DNA of 64,000 nt from Rhodocyclaceae bacterium (GCA_020248265.1 JADCHX010000011.1:262670-326669); one strand, 5' to 3'. Shown: positions 1 to 8,831, counted from the first letter of the stretch. Made by a program: numbers and translations. Notes: a model not told the origin generated them from the letters alone.

Positions 1-1
1 C

Positions 2-1081
2 ACGCGCGAGATGATCCGCGGCGCGGGCGAGGCGGCATTCAGCAAGACGGTGCCGCAGGCGCACGGTGCCGTGCAGACCTCTCTCACCGCGGGCACCACC
101 GGTGCGCCGCTGCACTTCCGCACGACCGGGCTGACCCAGTTCATGTGGCGGGCATTCTCTCTGCGCGACCACCTCTGGCACCGGCGAGACCTGACCGGCA
201 AGCTCGCCATGATCCGCTCGACCCCGGGGGGGCGCGCTGAAGCGCCTGACTGGGACCGGGCTGCCTCGGCGCTATGCAGCACCGGACCCGCCGTCGGTTT
301 GCCCGTCGAGCACGATATCGTCGAGCAGGTCGCGTGGCTGGTCGAGCAGAATCCGCACAGCCTGATCACGCATCCCGGAAATCTCTATGCGCTTGCGGGC
401 TGGTTCAGCGGGCATGGCTTGAAGCTGCCGCGCCTGCGCGACATCCGCACGGTGTCCGAGCGGGTCACGCCGGAACAGCGGGCCGCGTGCCGCGCCGCCT
501 TCGGGCGGCCGCTGGTCGACTCGTACTCGACGCGCGAACTTGGCTACCTCGCCCTGCAATGCCCCAGGCACGAGCACTACCATGTGCAGGAAGAGGGTGT
601 GCTGCTGGAACTGCTCGACGAGGGTGGGCAGCCGGTGCCGCGAGGTCGGGCGGGACGGGTGGTGGTCACCTCGCTGCACAATTTCGCCATGCCCTTCGTG
701 CGCTACGACACCGGCGACTACGCGATCGCGGGTGCCGCGTGCGACTGCGGGCGCGGGCTCGCCGTCCTGGACCGGATCGTCGGCCGCGGGCGCAACCTGA
801 TATCGATGCCCGACGGCAGCCGCCGCTGGCCCGGATGCGAACTGATTTCGCTCGACGTCGTGCCCGGTATCCGCCAGCACCAGTTCGTACAGACCGCGCT
901 AGACCGCGTCGAGTTGCGGCTGGTCGCCGACCAGCCGCTCGGCGCCGCCGACCAGGCAAGCCTCGCCGCCGTCGTTCGCGAGCGCCTCGGCCAGGGGCTC
1001 GAGCTTGCGGTGGTGAGGGTCGACCACCTGCCGCGCTCGGCCGACGGTGGGTCCGAAGCGTTCGTGAATCTCCTTTCGTAG
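2..1081 (+). CDS. adenylate-forming enzyme, phenylacetate-CoA ligase / coenzyme F390 synthetase-like family (5' end cut by window edge)
   Basis: The frame of the listed ORF 11..1081 stays open back to the window start. It has an AMP-binding-type motif 'TAGTTGAPL' and a PaaK-like C-terminal half ('VRYDTGDYA', 'GRGRNLI'). Family call from memory. Confidence 0.6.
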   Translation, partial: TREMIRGAGEAAFSKTVPQAHGAVQTSLTAGTTGAPLHFRTTGLTQFMWRAFSLRDHLWHRRDLTGKLAMIRSTPGGRAEAPDWDRAASALCSTGPAVGLPVEHDIVEQVAWLVEQNPHSLITHPGNLYALAGWFSGHGLKLPRLRDIRTVSERVTPEQRAACRAAFGRPLVDSYSTRELGYLALQCPRHEHYHVQEEGVLLELLDEGGQPVPRGRAGRVVVTSLHNFAMPFVRYDTGDYAIAGAACDCGRGLAVLDRIVGRGRNLISMPDGSRRWPGCELISLDVVPGIRQHQFVQTALDRVELRLVADQPLGAADQASLAAVVRERLGQGLELAVVRVDHLPRSADGGSEAFVNLLS

Positions 1082-1268
1082 TGAATCGAGATACGACCGT
1101 CGGCTGCATGACTCATCTACGACGCGTTCCCGGCGGGCTCATGCCCGAAGCTGACGGAAACTGTCCGAAGCTTGACCCGACTGCCACCCGCGACTTACGC
1201 TTCGCACGACTTGGCGGCAAGTCGACCCAAGAACGACGCACCGCTGTGTACACCCCCAGGAGGAGTCG

Positions 1269-1820
1269 ATGCTGTCACTGAACGTCAATGGCAAGGCCGT
1301 CACGGTCGATGCCGAACCCGGTACGCCCCTGTTGTGGGTGCTGCGGGAGCAGGTCGGGCTGACCGGCACCAAGTACGGCTGCGGCGTCGCCCAGTGCGGC
1401 GCATGCAGTGTGCACATCGATGGGCAGCTGATCCGGTCGTGCGTAATGCCAGTGTCGGCGGTGGCCGGCAAGCGGATCACCACGATCGAGGGGCTGTCCG
1501 CGGATGCCAGCCACCCGGTGCAGAAGGCATGGGCCGAGTTCGACGTACCGCAGTGCGGGTACTGCCAGTCGGGCCAGATCATGGCGGCAGTCGCGCTGTT
1601 GCGCGCGAAGCCGAAGCCCACCGACAAGGACATCGACGACGCGATGACCAACATCTGCCGCTGCGGCACCTACCAGCGCATCCGTGCGGCGATCCACAAG
1701 GCCGCCGGCACCGCCAAGGGCAGCGGCAACGGGTCTGTCTTCCATGTGGTCGGCGAGACCGGCGCCAGCGCGACGCTTGCCGCCAACGGCACCGACCGCA
1801 GCCCGGCCAGCGACGCCTGA
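1269..1820 (+). CDS. (2Fe-2S)-binding small subunit of an isoquinoline 1-oxidoreductase / aldehyde oxidoreductase type enzyme (IorA-like)
   Basis: 183 aa. Two [2Fe-2S] cysteine clusters: '[12 protein letters not shown]' and '[11 protein letters not shown] ... CRCGTY'. AGGAGG lies 8 nt upstream of the ATG. Confidence 0.9.
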   Translation: MLSLNVNGKAVTVDAEPGTPLLWVLREQVGLTGTKYGCGVAQCGACSVHIDGQLIRSCVMPVSAVAGKRITTIEGLSADASHPVQKAWAEFDVPQCGYCQSGQIMAAVALLRAKPKPTDKDIDDAMTNICRCGTYQRIRAAIHKAAGTAKGSGNGSVFHVVGETGASATLAANGTDRSPASDA

Positions 1821-1845
1821 ACCAGCGCACACGGAGACAGACACC

Positions 1846-4092
1846 ATGACCACGAAGATTTCCAAGGGGTCGGCGCAGGTTGGCAATGCCGGCATCGACA
1901 GCGCGGCCAGCCTTGGCCGCCGCCACTTCATTGTCGGCAGTGCAATGGCCGGTGGCGGCCTCGCGCTGGGCATCAGCATTGCCGGTGGCGCACGCGATGC
2001 CGTGGCGCAGATGGTCGATGCCACTGGCACGCCCGAGATCAACGCCTGGGTCGTCGTGCGCCCCGACGACACCACGGTGGTCCGCGTCGTGCGCTCCTAG
2101 ATGTGGCAGGGCACGCACACCGGGCTGGCGCAGCTGGTCTGCGAGGAACTCGAATGCGACTGGAGCAAGGTGACGCTCGAGGCAGTCACCGCCGGCCGTA
2201 ACCTGGCACGCAAGCGCGTCTGGGGCGACATGTCGACCGGTGGCAGCCGCGGCATCCGCGGCTCGCATGACTACGTCCGCCGCGGCGGCGCAGCCGCCCG
2301 GATGATGCTGATGCAGGCAGCGGCCGATGGCTGGCAGGTGCCGGTGGGCGAACTGACTGTGGCCAACGGCGTGATCAGCCATGCCGCGAGCAGCCGCACC
2401 GTACGCTACGGCCAGGTCGCCACGGCGGCTGCGAAGCTCACCCCGCCGGATGCCAAGTCGATCAAGCTGAAGGATCCGCGCGCCTGGAAGATCGCCGGCA
2501 AGCCGATGCGGCGGCTCGACACCGCACCGAAGGTCGACGGCAGCAAGGTGTACTCGATCGACGTCAAGCTGCCCGGCATGCTCAATGCCGCGGTGAAGCA
2601 GTGCCCGGTGTTCGGCGGCAGGCTGGTCTCGTTCGACCAGGCCAAGGTCACGGGCATGCCCGGCGTAAAGGGCGTGGTACGGGTCAACGACACCACGGTG
2701 GCCGTGGTCGCCGATACCTGGTGGCGCGCGAAGACCGCGCTCGATGCATTGCCGATCGTCTGGGACGAAGGTCCGAATGCGAAGGTGAACAGCGCCAGCA
2801 TCGCCGCGCACCTCCGTACCGGGCTGACCTCGGGCGACGCGTTCGCTGATTCCGATTACGGCGATGCACCAAAGGCGATTGCCGCCGCCCCGCGCAAGAT
2901 CGAGGCGGTCTACACGACACCGTTCCTCGCGCATGCGACGATGGAACCGATGGTCTGCACCGCGCGTATCACCGCCGATCGCGGCGAGATCTGGGTGGCC
3001 ACTCAGAACCAGGAATCCGCACTGGCCGCGCTGGCCGAGACCTCGGGCCTGCCGCTCGCCCAGTGCGAGGTGTATAACCACGACCTTGGTGGCGGCTTCG
3101 GCCGCCGGGTGACGGTGCCCGACTTCATCCGCCAATCGGTGTCGATCGGAAGGCAATTCCCCGGCGTGCCAGTCAAGATGATCTGGAGCCGCGAGGAAGA
3201 CCAGTCGCACGACTTCTACCGGCCGATCTCACAATGCCGGCTGGCGGCAGGCCTCGACGCGAAGGGCAACCTCACGGGGCTGCACATCCGGGTGTCTGGC
3301 CAGTCGATCAATGCCGCGCTGAATCCTGCGGCGATCAAGGACGGCAAGGACGTGCGCCAGTTGCAGGGGTTCTGGAAAGAGCCTGGCGATGCGCAGATCG
3401 GATACACGGTGCCCAACATGCGCATCGAGTACGCGATGCGCAACACGCACGTGCCGCCGGGGCCGTGGCGCGGCGTCAACACCACGCAGAACGGCGTCTA
3501 CCTCGAGTGCTTCATGGATGAGGTGGCGAGACTCGCAGGCCGCGACCCGCTCGAGTTCCGCCGTGCGCTGATGGCCAGCCATCCGAAGCACCTGGGCGTG
3601 CTGAATGCGGTCGCCGAGCGGGCGGGCTGGGGAAAGCCGCTGCCGAAAGGCGTGTTCCGCGGCATTGCCCAGTTCATGGGCTACGCCAGCTATTCGGCCG
3701 CCGTCGCGGAAGTCAGCGTGAATGCGAAGCGGCAGGTGAAGGTGCATCGTCTTGTGCTCGGCACTGATTGCGGGCATCAGGTCAATCCGGACCAGATCGC
3801 CGCACAGGTCGAGGGCTCGGTCGCCTACGGCCTCACCGCCGCGTTCTTCGGCGAATGTACGGTCGACAAGGGCCGCATCGTCGAGACCAACTTCGACCGG
3901 TACCGGATCATGAAGCTCGCAGAAATGCCAATGGTCGAGACGGTGATCGCACCGACCTGGGATTTCTGGGGCGGGGTAGGCGAGCCGACGATCTGCGTGT
4001 CTGCTCCGGCGGTGGTGAACGCGATTGCCGCCGCCATCGGCCGGCCGGTGCGTAACCTGCCGCTGAAGAACGAGGGCTTCACCTTCATCTGA
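1846..4092 (+). pseudogene. molybdopterin-binding large subunit (IorB-like, xanthine dehydrogenase family) interrupted by one in-frame TAG at 2098-2100
   Basis: ATG 1846 opens an 84-aa segment with a Tat-type signal ('GRRHFIVGSAMAGGGLAL'). It ends '...VVRPDDTTVVRVVRS*' and is in the same frame as, and directly abutting, ORF 2101..4092 ('MWQGTHTGLAQLVCEELECDW...'). Together they read like a single IorB protein. Confidence 0.75.
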
Positions 4093-4116
4093 CCGCGGCG
4101 CGAACAAGGACAGTCC

Positions 4117-4557
4117 GTGGCAGCCTGCGCCCCGCCGATTGCGCGCGTCGCCGGCTGCCTGTCGGGCATCCTGCTTGTGTCGGTAGTGGCTGCCGCCGGT
4201 CTGAAGTCTGCCGATAGTATCGAGCAGCCGCTGGTATCCGGCAGTGGCGATCCGGCGCGTGGGCAGATGATCGCATTCGGGCGGGACGGGAACTGCCTGC
4301 TCTGCCATCCGGTTGCCGATGCGGGGCGGCCGGTCGGGAACCTCGCACCGCCGCTTGATCGCGTCGGCGCGCGGCTGAGCGCTGGCCAGCTCCGTCAGCG
4401 CATGGTCAACCCGTCACTCGTCAACCCGCATACCATCATGCCTTCCTATTTCGTGGTCGACGGACTGCGTCAGGTCGCCGGCCCCTGGCGCGGCAGGCCC
4501 TTGCTGGATGCGCAACAGATCGAGGATGTCGTCGCATGGCTGCAGACGCTGAAATGA
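4117..4557 (+). CDS. soxX: SoxX-type monohaem c-type cytochrome
   Basis: 146 aa, GTG start. Haem motif 'CLLCH'. SoxX-like tail: 'GNLAPPLDRVGARLSAGQLRQRMVNPSLVNPHTIMPSYF ... IEDVVAWLQTL'. Confidence 0.8.
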   Translation: MAACAPPIARVAGCLSGILLVSVVAAAGLKSADSIEQPLVSGSGDPARGQMIAFGRDGNCLLCHPVADAGRPVGNLAPPLDRVGARLSAGQLRQRMVNPSLVNPHTIMPSYFVVDGLRQVAGPWRGRPLLDAQQIEDVVAWLQTLK

Positions 4558-5033
4558 ACGGTCATGGCCGCCGGTCGTTCCTGGCGCTGGCTGGCGGCAG
4601 TGCGCTGCTGCCGCTGCTTCTGCCGGACGCGCAGGCGCAGATGCCGACGGCCCCACCACCGCTGGGCAGTGGCTATGCACTGCTGGTGCCGAAGGAGACC
4701 GGTGGTGCATCGGTGCGCGCCGCACGCGTAACGGTCGATGTGCCGGCGCTTGCCGACAATGGTCATGCGGTACCGGTACGCATCGTCGTGCAGAGCTCGA
4801 TGCGCCAGGATGATCACGTACGCAGTATCACGCTGCTGTCGGATCGAAATCCGAGGCCGGTGATCCTGAAAGTGTGGCTGGGCCCGCAGGCTGGTCGTGC
4901 CGAACTGGCTACCCGCGTGCGCCTGAACGGTACGCAGCGCATCGTTGCGTTGGCAGAGATGTCCGATGGCACCTGGTGGTCGGGCCAGGCCGACGTGGTC
5001 GTCACCGAATCTGCCTGTCTCGACGGATCCTGA
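4554..5033 (+). CDS. soxY: SoxY-family sulfur carrier protein with non-canonical C-terminal arm (ends ...VVVTESACLDGS)
   Basis: The ATG overlaps the soxX stop (ATGA). Tat signal 'GRRSFLALAGG'. SoxY core 'DVPALADNGHAVPVRIVV ... NPRPVILKVWL ... RVRLNGTQRIVALAEMSDG'. The C-terminus lacks GGCGG. Confidence 0.75.
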   Translation: MNGHGRRSFLALAGGSALLPLLLPDAQAQMPTAPPPLGSGYALLVPKETGGASVRAARVTVDVPALADNGHAVPVRIVVQSSMRQDDHVRSITLLSDRNPRPVILKVWLGPQAGRAELATRVRLNGTQRIVALAEMSDGTWWSGQADVVVTESACLDGS

Positions 5034-5034
5034 G

Positions 5035-5355
5035 ATGGTGGCGCGCGTACGCATCCCCGAAGTTGTCAAGCGCGGTGAACCGTTCGATGTGCGGATCGCG
5101 ATCCAGCACGCGATGGAGACTGGCTTCCGCTTCGACAATTCGGGCCGCACGATCCCGAGGAACGTGATCCACACTCTGGTTGCGCGCTACGACGGTGTCG
5201 AGGTCTACCGCGCCGAGCTCGGGTCCGGCATCGCGGCCAACCCGTATCTGCAGTTCTGGATCACCGCGCAAGCGAGCGGCGTACTCGAACTATCCTGGGT
5301 CGATGATGCGGGCGTCACGGGCAGCGAGCGCATACCGGTCACGGTACGCGGCTGA
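5035..5355 (+). CDS. soxZ: SoxZ-family protein (SoxY partner)
   Basis: The ATG lies 1 nt after the soxY stop. 106 aa: 'RVRIPEVVKRGEPFDVRIAIQHAMETGFRFDNSGRTIPRNVIHTL ... IAANPYLQFWI'. Confidence 0.85.
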   Translation: MVARVRIPEVVKRGEPFDVRIAIQHAMETGFRFDNSGRTIPRNVIHTLVARYDGVEVYRAELGSGIAANPYLQFWITAQASGVLELSWVDDAGVTGSERIPVTVRG

Positions 5356-5377
5356 CCTGGCGGGCCCAGGCCGGACG

Positions 5378-6187
5378 ATGCGTGCAACTACCCTGGCACC
5401 CTGGCTGATCGGCCTGGTGTTCGCCTGCGCCGGGTGCACGCCCCGCGAGCCGGGTAGCGGTGGTCATCCGCCCCTGCCGGATCGTCCACTGCCGCTGCAG
5501 CAGGGCAGCGCGTTCGCGCCGAAGGCGCTGCAGGCAATGCAGGCCGACGAGTTCGAGAATCCAGGCATGCTCTGGGTCGCCCGGGGCGCGAAGCTGTGGC
5601 TGCAGCCCGAAGGGCCGCAGGCGCGGTCATGCGCGGGCTGCCATGGTGAGGGCAGTTCGATGCGCGGCGCTGCCACCCGCTATCCGCAGGTCGACCAGGC
5701 CAATGGGCAACTGGTCGACCTCGAAGGCCGGATCAGGCAGTGCCGCAGCGAACGCCAGCAGGCTTCGCCACTCGACTGGGAGTCGGAGCCGCTGCTGTCG
5801 CTGGTGGCCTACGTTGCCTTTCAGTCCAGGGGGCTGCCGATCCGGCCCGCGATCGATGGTGCGGCAAGGCCGTTCTTCGAGCGTGGCCGCGAGCACTACC
5901 ACCGGCGAGTCGGCCAGATGAACCTGTCCTGCAGCCAGTGCCATGATTCGAACTGGGGACGCCAGCTTGGCCCCGAGACCATCAGCCAGGGCCACGGTAC
6001 GGGCTATCCTGTCTATCGACTCGAGTGGCAGGGTGCCGGGTCGCTGCAGCGGCGGTTGCGCAGTTGCCTGTCGGGCGTGCGCGCCGAGATGTTTCCGTAT
6101 GGTGCAGTGGAGCACCTCGAACTAGCCTTGTACCTCGCATGGCGCGCGGAAGGCCTCGCCATCGATGCACCTGGCGTGCGGCGCTAG
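5378..6187 (+). CDS. soxA: SoxA-type dihaem c-type cytochrome
   Basis: Internal ATG of ORF 5180..6187, chosen for its signal-like N-terminus 'MRATTLAPWLIGLVFACAGC'. Two haem motifs ('CAGCHGE', 'CSQCHDS') and a conserved 'LQRRLRSCLSGVRAE' region. Confidence 0.8.
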   Translation: MRATTLAPWLIGLVFACAGCTPREPGSGGHPPLPDRPLPLQQGSAFAPKALQAMQADEFENPGMLWVARGAKLWLQPEGPQARSCAGCHGEGSSMRGAATRYPQVDQANGQLVDLEGRIRQCRSERQQASPLDWESEPLLSLVAYVAFQSRGLPIRPAIDGAARPFFERGREHYHRRVGQMNLSCSQCHDSNWGRQLGPETISQGHGTGYPVYRLEWQGAGSLQRRLRSCLSGVRAEMFPYGAVEHLELALYLAWRAEGLAIDAPGVRR

Positions 6188-6275
6188 GCCTCGACCACGC
6201 GTTGGCGCAGGCGCTCGGGTTTAAGCTACGCAAAGTCCGGGTCGTCCCGGCCACGCCACCCGAGGGAGTCCCGCC

Positions 6276-7025
6276 ATGCAGATCCGCCGTCTCTCAGTCG
6301 CCGCGTTCGCGGCGCTGGTCCTCGTCACCGCCGGCTGCGCGACCGACCCGTCGGTGCCGGCCGTGGAAATCGTCCATGAACCTGGCGCGTTGCCGTCCGG
6401 CAGCGTACTGACCTACGCCACGTTCAACGCCTACAACGATGCACCGCGCGCTACCGTGCGCCAGGTATACGGACCCGCCGGATCACGGATCGAGGGGATG
6501 GATTACCAGATTCCTGCGGAGAACGCGTTCGGTTCCAGCCAGACGATCTTCGTCAACCGCGTGCTCGATGCGCGCGGCGCCATCGTCCGCCTGGAGCGCG
6601 CCGACGGCAGCAGCGTCGCGTTCGAACCGCCGATGCGGGTTTTGCCGTTCCCGCTTCGTCCGGGTGCACGCTTCCGGCAGACGCTGGTGGCGCGCGAGTC
6701 CGACGGTTCGCCGCCGCGCCGGGTGATCGTGACCGGTTACAGCGCAGGCTGGGAGACGGTGAAGGTCCCCGCTGGCGAATTCCGTGCGCTGCGCGTGGTA
6801 CGCGACGTGTTCCTCGGCGACCAGCGTTTCTACCGGACCGAGACGATCCGCAAGGAAGTGGACTGGTTCGCGCCGTCGATCGGGGCGGTCGTCCGTTCCC
6901 AGGAGGACAGTTTCAACGAAGACCTGATGTCTGGCGGCGGCGAGGCCGGCGGCACGCTGGTCATGCAGGGCGACTGGCTGCGCTGGGAACTGCAGTCGGT
7001 GACGCGCAAGGGCCTGCCGGAGTGA
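6276..7025 (+). CDS. hypothetical lipoprotein
   Basis: 249 aa. Signal plus lipobox-like 'LVLVTAGC'. GAGGGAG upstream. I recognise no family. Confidence 0.6.
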   Translation: MQIRRLSVAAFAALVLVTAGCATDPSVPAVEIVHEPGALPSGSVLTYATFNAYNDAPRATVRQVYGPAGSRIEGMDYQIPAENAFGSSQTIFVNRVLDARGAIVRLERADGSSVAFEPPMRVLPFPLRPGARFRQTLVARESDGSPPRRVIVTGYSAGWETVKVPAGEFRALRVVRDVFLGDQRFYRTETIRKEVDWFAPSIGAVVRSQEDSFNEDLMSGGGEAGGTLVMQGDWLRWELQSVTRKGLPE

Positions 7026-7038
7026 TTCGCCGCCGTTC

Positions 7039-7554
7039 TCAGGCGACTGGCGCGTCTGCGATGCGGTCGAGCCGTTCGAAATCATAGGCGAGGGACTGCC
7101 CCGGGCCGGCTTCGACACGCTCCTGGCCGGACGCCCGGAAGGCTGCCCGGTCGAACGGTGGCATCAGCACGTCGCCATCGATCTCCGCGTCGATCGTCGT
7201 GAGGTGGATGCGTCGTGCCAGCGGCAGCGCCTGCGCGAACAACTGGGCCCCGCCGATCACGAACGGCTCTTCGTCGCCGGCGCAGGCGCGCAGCGCTTCA
7301 TCCAGGGAATGGACGACGATCGCGCCCTCGACGGCATACGCCGGGTTGCGGGTGACGATCACCGAGGTCCGCCCTGGCAGCAGGCGGCCGATCGACTCGA
7401 ACGTGTTTCTCCCCATCACGATATGGTGGCCGAGCGTGATGCGCTTGAAGCGCTGCAGTTCGGACGGCAGGTGCCACGGCATCGCATTGCCGCGGCCGAT
7501 CACGCGATTGCGCGCCATCGCGACGATCAGGGACGGTGGGGGCAGGCCGGTCAC
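7039..7554 (-). CDS. folA: dihydrofolate reductase
   Basis: 'LIVAMARNRVIGRGNAMPWHLPSELQRFKRITLGHHIVMGRNTFESIG ... VIVTRN'. I chose the GTG at 7552-7554, 4 nt downstream of the thyA stop. The listed ORF extends to 7620 and would overlap thyA. Confidence 0.85.
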   Translation of the reverse strand: MTGLPPPSLIVAMARNRVIGRGNAMPWHLPSELQRFKRITLGHHIVMGRNTFESIGRLLPGRTSVIVTRNPAYAVEGAIVVHSLDEALRACAGDEEPFVIGGAQLFAQALPLARRIHLTTIDAEIDGDVLMPPFDRAAFRASGQERVEAGPGQSLAYDFERLDRIADAPVA

Positions 7555-7558
7555 CGGT

Positions 7559-8353
7559 TCACACCGCGATCGGTGCCTTGATCGCCGGCCACGGGTCGTA
7601 GCCTTCGAGCGTGAAATCATCGTGGCGGAACGCGTACAGATCGGTCACCGCCGGGTTCAGCCGCATCGACGGCAGCGGCCGTACCGAGCGCCGCAACTGC
7701 TCGTTCGCCTGCTCCACGTGGTTCAGGTAGAGGTGGGCATCGCCGAGCGTGTGCACGAATTCGCCCGGTTTCAGCCCGCACACCTGCGTGACCATCAGGG
7801 TCAGCAGCGCATAGGAGGCGATGTTGAACGGTACGCCCAGGAACACGTCGGCGCTGCGCTGGTAGAGCTGGCAGGACAGCCTGCCGTCGGCCACGTAGAA
7901 CTGGAACAGTGCATGGCAGGGCAGCAGCGCCATGCGCTCCAGCTCGCCGACGTTCCAGGCGGACACCACCAGGCGGCGCGAGTCGGGGTTGCTGCGGATC
8001 TGCTGGACGATCTGCGTCAGCTGGTCGATGGTGCGGCCGTCCGGTGCCGACCAGCTGCGCCACTGCTTCCCGTACACGGGCCCGAGGTCTCCGTTCGCAT
8101 CGGCCCACTCGTCCCAGATCGTCACACCGTGCTGGTGCAGGTAGCCGACGTTGGTGTCGCCCTGCAGGAACCAGAGGAGTTCGTGGATGATCGATTTCAG
8201 GTGCAGCTTCTTGGTCGTCACGAGCGGGAACGTGTCGGCGAGGTCGAAGCGCATTTGCCAGCCGAACAGGCTGAGCGTGCCGGTGCCGGTGCGGTCGGAC
8301 TTGCGGTTGCCGCGATCCAGGATCGCGCGCATGAGTTCGTGGTATTGCTGCAT
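7559..8353 (-). CDS. thyA: thymidylate synthase
   Basis: 264 aa. '[19 protein letters not shown]', '[11 protein letters not shown]', 'DAHLYLNH'. Confidence 0.95.
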   Translation of the reverse strand: MQQYHELMRAILDRGNRKSDRTGTGTLSLFGWQMRFDLADTFPLVTTKKLHLKSIIHELLWFLQGDTNVGYLHQHGVTIWDEWADANGDLGPVYGKQWRSWSAPDGRTIDQLTQIVQQIRSNPDSRRLVVSAWNVGELERMALLPCHALFQFYVADGRLSCQLYQRSADVFLGVPFNIASYALLTLMVTQVCGLKPGEFVHTLGDAHLYLNHVEQANEQLRRSVRPLPSMRLNPAVTDLYAFRHDDFTLEGYDPWPAIKAPIAV

Positions 8354-8434
8354 CGGTTTCGCACCTTGGCGCGATGGGCAGGGATGGCTGGACGTCCGCC
8401 GATTGTATCGCTGGTCGCTTGCCGTGCTGGTGCT

Positions 8435-8541
8435 GATCGAGGCGACGGGGTACCTCGCATGCAGGGGCTGGTGCGGGATCGAGGCGACGGGGTACCTCGC
8501 TTGCAGGGGCGGTGCGGGATCGAGGCGACGGGGTACCTCGC
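8435..8541. repeat. three tandem copies (period 42 then 41 nt) of a REP-like unit with identical 24-nt cores GATCGAGGCGACGGGGTACCTCGC
   Basis: The cores at 8435-8458, 8477-8500 and 8518-8541 are identical. The 17-18 nt between them (atgcaggggctggtgcgg / ttgcaggggcggtgcgg) are also near-identical. Confidence 0.9.
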
Positions 8542-8557
8542 TCCGCTCATGTCCCCC

Positions 8558-8585
8558 GGATCGGGCTCGTGTCCGAGCCCGATCC
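8558..8585. other. perfect 12-bp stem / 4-nt loop hairpin (GGATCGGGCTCG tgtc CGAGCCCGATCC)
   Basis: Read directly from the sequence. It lies between repeat copy 3 and the inverted repeat copy. Confidence 0.85.
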
Positions 8586-8831
8586 TCCTCCTCTACTTCG
8601 CTCCGCGAGGTACCCCATCACCTCGATCAGCGCAGGTGCCGTGCCGCGGTCGCGACGGTGCCTCGCTATACAGCACGGCGGTCGCAACGGCGCCTGGTCG
8701 CGCGGCACGGCGGTGGAATGGGCGCGTGCATCGGGTTGCCGACGGAGTGAGGTAGAGGAGGAGGCCCGGGCCTGCGCGAGCAGGGCCGGGCCGGGGGACA
8801 CGAACGGAGTCGGCAACCCGGTGCGCGCGTC
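8584..8831. other. cluster of long, partly interleaved inverted repeats (candidate structured RNA or MITE-like element)
   Basis: Complementary pairs: 8584-8605 with 8743-8764 (20/22); 8638-8648 with 8701-8711 (11/11); 8721-8743 with 8809-8831 (20/23); 8763-8774 with 8781-8792 (11/12). Checked base by base by eye. Confidence 0.7.
8605..8628. repeat. inverted copy (22/24) of the 24-nt REP-like core
   Basis: GCGAGGTACCCCATCACCTCGATC compared with the reverse complement of the core, GCGAGGTACCCCGTCGCCTCGATC. Confidence 0.85.

Noticed and set aside
1684-2100. Stand-alone 138-aa ORF upstream of the IorB-like ORF.
   Set aside because: It is in the same frame as ORF 2101..4092 and contiguous with it. 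It carries that protein family's Tat signal and N-terminal strand, so it is the 5' part of an interrupted gene (from ATG 1846), not a separate gene.
4117-6187. Calling this a complete thiosulfate-oxidising Sox system.
   Set aside because: No soxB, soxCD or soxW/V-type genes are present in the window, and the SoxY arm is non-canonical. Only a partial or variant system can be claimed from this window.
8435-8541. Possible mini-CRISPR array (three identical 24-nt repeats at regular spacing).
   Set aside because: The 17-18 nt 'spacers' are nearly identical to each other, the period is only 41-42 nt, and no cas genes are nearby. This is a tandem duplication / REP-type array, not a CRISPR.
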